Positions 57,363 to 64,000 of a stretch of DNA of 64,000 nucleotides are shown piece after piece (within the stretch, counting starts at the first letter, position 1; the number at the start of each line of letters is the position of its first letter). The notes beneath the pieces were generated by a model, which saw only the letters and a program-made list of their open reading frames with translations, had not been told where the DNA came from and searched no databases. The translations under genes were made by a program, and so were the position numbers. This DNA comes from a bacterium (GTDB taxonomy: Bacteria > UBA8248): assembly GCA_965200245.1 (NCBI GenBank), contig CBDATS010000015.1, positions 160,001 to 224,000 on the forward strand, in the 5' to 3' direction.

Positions 57363-59849
57363 GTGATCCATCGAGCCGGCGTCGGAAAATCTGCCGGGAA
57401 ATCGAAAAACATGTTTTTGCAGTTAACTGCGTCGGCTGGGCGGTCGATAGCAGGTTGTGCCTTGGCGTTTACGCGCATGAGGGTCTATCCGTGGATTCTG
57501 GGCGGGGTGCTGGCCATTCTGCTCTCGTTTTTGCTTGCAACCGATCTTTCGGCTCCTCGCGTGTCTTTTGATGTGGGTGATGTCGTTCCGAGGGATATCA
57601 AGGCCCCTCAGGATATGCGTGTAGTCGATCCCATCGCCACGAATGCGAAGCGTCAGGCGGCCAGAGAAAAAGTCCTGCCACATTACGATATCGATACCCA
57701 ACTTTCCCGAGTCGTCCTCACAAAATTGAGTGGCGCTTTTGAATCCATTCAGCGGACAATTGACCAGGAACTCGAAAAGATCAAAGTCTCGCAGTTGAGT
57801 ATCCGGGCCAAGCAGAGAAGCCGGACGCTTTTTTCCGAGTCGGATGCCTATCGGGAAATGTACTCCACCTCCGCCTTCATCAAGGCCGAGAAGGAGTTTC
57901 ATGAACTGGTGGGTAGAACCGTTCCGGAAGAATTGTCGAATTGGCTCAGAAATGAGAGATTCGCAAACTGGATTCGGGATGACATAACCAAGTTGTTGAG
58001 GGCCGCGTTCTCACGTCAAATCGTTAGTGATAAGCGGCTATATGCCACCCATGTAGCGAAGGGCATTACGTCGCGCGACATAAGAACGGGAAACAGCGTC
58101 TCCCTCAGTCCATCTATGAATCCTCTGGAACTCCGACAGGTTGACAAATTCCTGAAGCAAGCCAGCCAGAAACTGGCCCTCAGAATTCCCCGGCGTATGC
58201 GCGGTTTGCTGATCTCACAAGTTGTGAAAATGGTTCAACCTACGTTGACGTTTAACAACAGGGTAACCCTTGAGGGCAGAGAAAAGGCTGCGGCCTCCAT
58301 TGCGTCTGTATCCGAGGTTCTCAAGCAAGGGGAGATGATTGTTCGCGAAGGAGAGCGATTAAGCGAAAGGCAAATCATCAAACTCAAAAGCCTGGAAAAA
58401 ATCTACCGGCAAAGCCATATTTTAGGTAACGTAACCGGAATGGCTGTTGTGATTTTTACCTTGCTCGTTCTGGCATGGATTTGTGTGCAGAAATACGACG
58501 TGAATTTTTTATCATCCCATAAAAACGTATCACTTTTTGTGATTCTGCTGTTGACCCAGGTAATCTTGTTGAAGATGGGGATTTTTTTCTCCGAGGTGTT
58601 GCATGAAACGTTTCGGGGGATTCCACTGCATTCGTTTTATTACGTCATTCCATTTTCCTCCGCACCCCTTCTCGTAGCCGTTTTGTTGGGACGTTCCCCC
58701 GCTGTATTGATGGCGGTTTTTTCTGCCGTTCTGACCGCACTGATCTTGCCGAATCATATGAACTTCAGCCTCGTTGCCTTGGCCGGTGGCGTGCTGGCTG
58801 CCGTTCGGTGGAAACAATACAGGCGCAGGACTTCTGTGCTGGTTGTGGCACTGATTTTGGGTCTGTTGGGTGCTGCGCTTGCCGTGGGCTTTAATATGCA
58901 GGAGGGTTTCAGTGCTGTAATTGTACAATGGACGGATGTTCCCATCGCCTTGCTCGGTGGTCTTGCGAACGTCATCATCGTGGCAGGTGCCATGCCATTG
59001 TTAGAGTCGATTTTCAAACTCACGACAGATATGCGTCTACTTGAGTTGGCCGATCAGAATCACCCGCTGCTGAGAAAAATGGTCGTCAATGCGCCGGGTA
59101 CCTATCACCACAGCCTTCTCGTGGGTAATTTGGCCGAGGAGGCATCCGAGTCGATCGGTGCGAACCCGCTTCTTGCACGGGTGGGTGCGTATTTTCACGA
59201 TATCGGCAAGATATCGAAGCCGGAGTATTTCATCGAGAACCAGGGACGCGAAAACCGTCACGACAGACTCAAGCCCAACATGAGTGCTCTTGTCCTGATC
59301 AGCCATGTAAAAGAAGGTATCGAACTCGCCAGAAACCATCAACTGCCCAGAGAAATTATCGATCTGATTCAACAACATCACGGGACATCCCTGATTCGAT
59401 TTTTCTACGAGAAAGCGAAGAAGCTAAACGGGGATGGTGTGACAGAAGAATTTTTCCGCTACCCGGGGCCGAGACCCCAGACGAAAGAAGCGGGCATCCT
59501 GATGCTGGCCGATATGGTAGAGGCATCGTCACGCTCACTTCCGGACCATTCTCTCGGGCGCCTTAGCGCGTTGGTGAAAAGAATTATCGAGAGCGCCTTT
59601 GTGGAGGGGCAATTGGATAATTGCAGCCTCACGCTGAGGGATTTGAGTAACATTCAGGAAGCTTTTATGCGGGTTTTGGTAGGCATCCATCATCACCGGA
59701 TTCATTACCCGGGGCAAGAAGATGTCTCCAGAAGAGGGGCTGCGAATGGAAATTCTCGTCAAAAACGATCAGAAGCTTTTCGCGTTGGATCACAAGGCAC
59801 TGGGGCAGCGCTTGGAGGTCATACGGCAGGCTATCGGCTCAGAGGATGA
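57363..59849 (+). CDS. 7TM-HD (HDIG) membrane phosphohydrolase, PgpH-like
   Basis: Extracellular domain, about 7 TM helices, APGTYHHS, HDIGK, HHGT, YPGP.P, LAD. Confidence 0.92.
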   Translation: MIHRAGVGKSAGKSKNMFLQLTASAGRSIAGCALAFTRMRVYPWILGGVLAILLSFLLATDLSAPRVSFDVGDVVPRDIKAPQDMRVVDPIATNAKRQAAREKVLPHYDIDTQLSRVVLTKLSGAFESIQRTIDQELEKIKVSQLSIRAKQRSRTLFSESDAYREMYSTSAFIKAEKEFHELVGRTVPEELSNWLRNERFANWIRDDITKLLRAAFSRQIVSDKRLYATHVAKGITSRDIRTGNSVSLSPSMNPLELRQVDKFLKQASQKLALRIPRRMRGLLISQVVKMVQPTLTFNNRVTLEGREKAAASIASVSEVLKQGEMIVREGERLSERQIIKLKSLEKIYRQSHILGNVTGMAVVIFTLLVLAWICVQKYDVNFLSSHKNVSLFVILLLTQVILLKMGIFFSEVLHETFRGIPLHSFYYVIPFSSAPLLVAVLLGRSPAVLMAVFSAVLTALILPNHMNFSLVALAGGVLAAVRWKQYRRRTSVLVVALILGLLGAALAVGFNMQEGFSAVIVQWTDVPIALLGGLANVIIVAGAMPLLESIFKLTTDMRLLELADQNHPLLRKMVVNAPGTYHHSLLVGNLAEEASESIGANPLLARVGAYFHDIGKISKPEYFIENQGRENRHDRLKPNMSALVLISHVKEGIELARNHQLPREIIDLIQQHHGTSLIRFFYEKAKKLNGDGVTEEFFRYPGPRPQTKEAGILMLADMVEASSRSLPDHSLGRLSALVKRIIESAFVEGQLDNCSLTLRDLSNIQEAFMRVLVGIHHHRIHYPGQEDVSRRGAANGNSRQKRSEAFRVGSQGTGAALGGHTAGYRLRG

Positions 59850-60246
59850 CTGGTTGAGTATCGTATTCCTTCGAGACGATAAAATGCGAGCGTTGAATTT
59901 CCGATATCGCGGGGAAAAGGAAACGACTGATGTATTGGCTTTTCCGCCAGCGGAATTTTTCCCGGCCGCGAGTGAGCAACAAGATGGGAAAACATTCTTG
60001 GGCGAATTGGTCATCTGCGTGGATGAGGTGATTCGACAGGCGGATAATCAGGCACTTGATTACGGAATGTTGGCAGACCGTCTGCTTGTGCATGGCCTTT
60101 TGCATCTCAAGGGATATGATCATTACACGAAGTCGGAATGCGCGAGGATGAGAGAGGAAGAAAAAAAAATTGCCCGCCTGCTTGACGGGGAATGGTTACT
60201 CAAACGGGAGCCAGGAAGTTCTTCCCCATCGGGTGGGAGATCGTGA
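59746..60246 (+). CDS. ybeY: rRNA maturation RNase YbeY
   Basis: LNFRYRG..TTDVLAF, LGELVI, HGLLHLKGYDH. Confidence 0.95.
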   Translation: MEILVKNDQKLFALDHKALGQRLEVIRQAIGSEDDWLSIVFLRDDKMRALNFRYRGEKETTDVLAFPPAEFFPAASEQQDGKTFLGELVICVDEVIRQADNQALDYGMLADRLLVHGLLHLKGYDHYTKSECARMREEEKKIARLLDGEWLLKREPGSSSPSGGRS

Positions 60247-60356
60247 GTTCGTGCCGTCCTTGCGGGTGTGTGGATGAGCACCGGGAGTTTAGAGAAGACC
60301 TGTAATCGATTCCGCCCTGATTTGATTACCGAATACTCGCAATTAGTGGTGGTGAA

Positions 60357-60755
60357 ATGGGTAGTCTTCGACTCATCGTCGGCTTGATTCTGGCGTTGGC
60401 GATTTCAAGCTTTGGCGTCATCAACATGAACCCGGTGACTGTCGCCTATTATCAGGGTTCCATCAATTTGCCTCTTTTCTATGTTCTTCTGGTGGTATTT
60501 GCATGCGGGTTCATGGTGGCTTGGCTTGGTGGCACCTTGGATAGATTGAAGTTCAGAAACCAAATCGTAAAATTAAAGCGCGAAGTAAAGACGTTGGAAA
60601 GCAATTTGGGTAAAGCACGCAAGAAAAGTGGCAAATTCCTTCCCATGGGCAATCCAGATACAGATGATTCGGCAAATACGGGCCATGGGCGCGCGTCAGA
60701 AATCAATCCCAAATCCGAAATGAGTCTCTCACCCCGCGAATCAAGGGCGGAGTAG
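60357..60755 (+). CDS. LapA family (LPS assembly protein A) membrane protein
   Basis: Two TM helices with N..PV.V and LP motifs, then a coiled coil. Confidence 0.75.
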   Translation: MGSLRLIVGLILALAISSFGVINMNPVTVAYYQGSINLPLFYVLLVVFACGFMVAWLGGTLDRLKFRNQIVKLKREVKTLESNLGKARKKSGKFLPMGNPDTDDSANTGHGRASEINPKSEMSLSPRESRAE

Positions 60756-60757
60756 TT

Positions 60758-63439
60758 ATGTCTCCCTTCAAAGGCACTCTCCAAAGTGAAAAGGAAAAGA
60801 ACGGATCTGCCAAGAAGAAGCGTGGGCCATCTCCCGCAATGCGCCAATACCTGGAAATGAAAAGACGCTATCCCGACGCGATGCTGTTTTTCCAGTTGGG
60901 TGATTTCTTCGAGATGTTTTATGAAGACGCGAAGCTTGGGGCCAAAATTCTGGAACTCGCGTTGACGTCACGTCAAAGCGATAATCAGGGGCCTATCCCG
61001 ATGTGTGGCGTGCCTTGTCATTCGGCATCTGCTTATTGTGGGCGCTTGCTGGAAGCGGGCTATAAAGTTGCCATATGCGAGCAAGTGGAAGATGTGGGAG
61101 AAAGCAGGGGAATTGTCAAACGCGAGGTGACTCGTGTTCTCACGCCGGGTACTTCGATTGCCGACCTTGATTTGCTGGACAGCAAGGAATCTCAATATCT
61201 TGTGGGGGTCGTCCTGTCGCTGGTAAATGAAGAATTACTTTGGGGAATGGCGTGGCTTGATAGTTCGACCGGAGAATTTTGCGCGACCGAAGCGAAAGGT
61301 GCTGACGCCGAGGGGCTCATTTGCAGCCAGTTAGAGAGACTTTCTCCCCGCGAACTCATCTTGCCGGATGTATTTTCCCTGCCTGATGCAATGAAAAGGA
61401 AAATCGATGAACTGAGCATTTATGTTGAAAAAAGACCAGCCACCACATTCCATGAGCCACTGGATTTCAAAACCAAGGAAGACATATTCCCGGATGAAGC
61501 AAAGGTTTCGACGAATCCGGCGGCCGTGGATGCTGCCGTAGGCGTTTTGACGTATCTCAAGGAAAATCAGCCTAGAGATTTTTCCCACCTCAAACCTGTA
61601 TATTTTTCGCGACTTTCGGATACCATGGTTCTTGATGCAGCTACATTAAGAAATCTGGAACTCATCTACTCGGCCTTTGACCGTGGGAAAAAGGGAACTT
61701 TGTTCGGTTTGTTGGATGAGACACTGACGGGTATGGGAGGGCGTCTGCTCAAAAAATGGATTCTCTCCCCCTTGATTCAAAAAAAAGACATTGAGTATCG
61801 CGCCGAAGCCGTACAAGAACTCGTGGATGATTCCGATTTCCTGAATACCCTCAAAAATGCACTCGAGCCCATACAGGATATCGAACGTCTTCTGGGTCGC
61901 GTGGGATCTCAAACTGCAAACGCCCGGGACCTGGCGGGACTTGGTGTATCGTTATCTGTTTTGCCGGATGTGCTTGGGTCTATACAAGACAGTGACTCCG
62001 AGTTGTTCCGATCCGTTCTATCGGGGTGGGATTCCTTGGAAGATGTAGCATCGGAACTGAAGAATGCAATTGTGGATGATCCGCCTGTTTCGATTAGAGA
62101 AGGTGGAATTTTTCGCACTGAATATGATCAGGAACTAGCTCGACTGAGGAAGGCTCAGCAGGAGGGCAATACGTGGCTGAAGGATTACGAACACAAGGAA
62201 AAAGAAAGAACGGGGTTGCCTCTGAAAATCGGGTTCAATCGTATTTTTGGATACTATCTCGAAATACCCAAACGGTTTAGTGAGCAGGTACCGATGGAAT
62301 ATGCGCGCAAGCAAACCCTCGTTTCCGCAGAACGGTACATAACTTCTGAATTAAAAAAGATGGAAGAAGACATCCTGGGAGCAGAAGGGAAATCCCATCA
62401 TCTTGAGTTTATGCTTTTTGGACGGTTGAGGGTTAAAATATCGAAACATGCCAGGCGCATACTCGCTGTTGCAGATCGGATAGCACTTCTGGATGTTGTT
62501 TTGTCCTTGGCACTTGTTGCTCGAAAATATGGATACATCAAACCGCAAATCCTGGATTCTATAGACATTGAGATCATTGAGGGGAGGCATCCCGTCATGG
62601 AATCGGAGAATCCCGGAACTTCTTTCGTGCCGAATGATTTGTCGGTTAGCGACGACCGCCGGATCCTCATTATTACAGGGCCGAATATGGCCGGGAAATC
62701 CACCTACCTGCGCCAATCTGCGCTCATCATTTTGATGGCGCAAATCGGCAGTCTCGTTCCCGCGAAGAGCGCGAGAATCGGTCTGGTCGATAGGGTGTTC
62801 ACGCGTGTTGGCGCGCATGACCGGCTTTTGGAGGGACAAAGCACCTTCATGGTCGAAATGGTGGAAACGGCCACTATACTGAGAGAGTCGACGGAGAGAA
62901 GTTTTATAGTATTGGACGAAGTGGGCCGAGGTACGAGTACTTATGATGGGGTGAGCATCGCTTGGTCAATTGTAGAATATCTGCATAATGAAATCCGGCA
63001 CAGGTCGAGAACCTTGTTCGCTACCCACTATCATGAATTGGCTGAACTCTCGAAAGAACTCGAATGTGTACAAAATTTGACAGTCGAGGTTCGGGAGTGG
63101 GGTGATGAAATCGTTTTTCTGCGAAACGTGACCGATGGAAGTTGCGACAGAAGCTATGGCCTCCAGGTAGGCAGGTTGGCGGGACTCCCGGAAGAAGTCA
63201 TCGCCAGGGCGAAGGGTTTGCTCTCAAAGTTCGAAAATGCAGAGACCATGTCCCGCCCTGACAGGAAGGGGTTCAATTTGAATAATAGCCAGGAAAACGG
63301 GCAATTGCCCTTGTTTGATCGCGTGGATTCCAGTGTCGAGAAGTTGTTGAAAGATATTGACCCGGATTCCCTGACACCTCGCCAGGCCCTGGATGCCCTG
63401 TATGAGCTAAGAAAGCTTATGGAAACCAGCGAACAGTGA
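60758..63439 (+). CDS. mutS: DNA mismatch repair protein MutS
   Basis: GDFFEMF, PMCGVP, TGPNMAGKST, STFMVEM, DEVGRGTST, FATHYHEL. Confidence 0.98.
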   Translation: MSPFKGTLQSEKEKNGSAKKKRGPSPAMRQYLEMKRRYPDAMLFFQLGDFFEMFYEDAKLGAKILELALTSRQSDNQGPIPMCGVPCHSASAYCGRLLEAGYKVAICEQVEDVGESRGIVKREVTRVLTPGTSIADLDLLDSKESQYLVGVVLSLVNEELLWGMAWLDSSTGEFCATEAKGADAEGLICSQLERLSPRELILPDVFSLPDAMKRKIDELSIYVEKRPATTFHEPLDFKTKEDIFPDEAKVSTNPAAVDAAVGVLTYLKENQPRDFSHLKPVYFSRLSDTMVLDAATLRNLELIYSAFDRGKKGTLFGLLDETLTGMGGRLLKKWILSPLIQKKDIEYRAEAVQELVDDSDFLNTLKNALEPIQDIERLLGRVGSQTANARDLAGLGVSLSVLPDVLGSIQDSDSELFRSVLSGWDSLEDVASELKNAIVDDPPVSIREGGIFRTEYDQELARLRKAQQEGNTWLKDYEHKEKERTGLPLKIGFNRIFGYYLEIPKRFSEQVPMEYARKQTLVSAERYITSELKKMEEDILGAEGKSHHLEFMLFGRLRVKISKHARRILAVADRIALLDVVLSLALVARKYGYIKPQILDSIDIEIIEGRHPVMESENPGTSFVPNDLSVSDDRRILIITGPNMAGKSTYLRQSALIILMAQIGSLVPAKSARIGLVDRVFTRVGAHDRLLEGQSTFMVEMVETATILRESTERSFIVLDEVGRGTSTYDGVSIAWSIVEYLHNEIRHRSRTLFATHYHELAELSKELECVQNLTVEVREWGDEIVFLRNVTDGSCDRSYGLQVGRLAGLPEEVIARAKGLLSKFENAETMSRPDRKGFNLNNSQENGQLPLFDRVDSSVEKLLKDIDPDSLTPRQALDALYELRKLMETSEQ

Positions 63440-63558
63440 AGGAACCTATAGGCAACATAACAAACAGTGTGGTTTCGTTTGAAAAAGCCTTGAAAACTCA
63501 TCCCATTGCAGGTTTTCTTATAGGATAGTACTGAATTCTTAAAGTGGCAGTAGAAAAT

Positions 63559-64000
63559 ATGTTATCTAAAGATCAGAAATCATTTGTTTTGAAAAAATCG
63601 ACCATATTTATCTATCTGTTCTTCGCCTTGGTGGGACCTGTATTTTCCGCAACCGATGGCCAGGATGAAATTCGGATGAAAGATATAGTTGTGGTTGAAA
63701 AAAACGAGGAATTATTGGTTTTTGGATTGCTCTTGGGTGCGTTTTCACCAAAACTACTGGAGGCCATCCATAGTGGAGTGACTACCAAATTCAGTTTCGA
63801 ACTTAGTCTGATCCGTTCCAGAAAGTTGATCTATGATTTGGAAGTATCCTCCCGGCAACTGGATCACCAGGTGAAGTATAGCGCGTTGAAAAAAACTTAC
63901 ACTTTCCACTTGAAAGAGGATGCGAAAGATATCAGGCGCAGGGTAACAGAGAGCCAAGGTGAAATGATGGATTGGATGCGCGAGTTGAATGGTGTGCCCA
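63559..64000 (+). CDS. DUF4390-like exported protein (truncated by window end)
   Basis: Open frame MLSKDQKSF...AFSPKLLEAIHSGV..KFSFEL...HQVKYSALKK.Y running off the window; N-terminal hydrophobic signal. Confidence 0.7.
   Translation, partial: MLSKDQKSFVLKKSTIFIYLFFALVGPVFSATDGQDEIRMKDIVVVEKNEELLVFGLLLGAFSPKLLEAIHSGVTTKFSFELSLIRSRKLIYDLEVSSRQLDHQVKYSALKKTYTFHLKEDAKDIRRRVTESQGEMMDWMRELNGVP

Overview
Bacterial chromosomal segment. The gene order resembles deltaproteobacteria/Nitrospinota-type lineages (inference). No rRNA, tRNA or CRISPR array was recognised. Three zones. (1) About 0.6-6.8 kb is a decayed island. On the left it has a frameshifted tyrosine-integrase remnant abutting a degenerate copy of the 3' end of ftsY; on the right a DUF2493/SLOG remnant. 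Its cargo is a membrane-anchored LuxR regulator plus a co-oriented trio: a frameshifted Asp-rich TbpB-like surface protein, a vitamin K-dependent carboxylase/HTTM homolog, and a DCC thiol-disulfide protein. This trio is the best candidate for an undescribed system (hypothesis: Asp/Glu carboxylation of an exported protein). (2) About 6.8-28.5 kb is accessory metabolism and transport: OsmC, an atypical Zn-ADH, FxsA, GNAT, hisS, sirtuin, a TPP enzyme, a Sel1 pseudogene, a NaaA-like M20 hydrolase with a LIV-type ABC transporter, an Fe3+/PgtC-type ABC transporter, an aldo/keto reductase and an MFS transporter. (3) About 28.5-64 kb is housekeeping: aspS, era, rpsU, recO, argS, SPOR protein, lipA, aminotransferase, hom, a degenerate ApgM-like protein, lysC, glyQS, ppdK, ribD-ribE-ribBX-ribH-nusB, an M17-N protein, lptE, holA, rpsT, murJ, xerD, phoH, 7TM-HD protein, ybeY, lapA, mutS and a partial DUF4390 gene. 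All family calls come from motif recognition by eye, not database searches.
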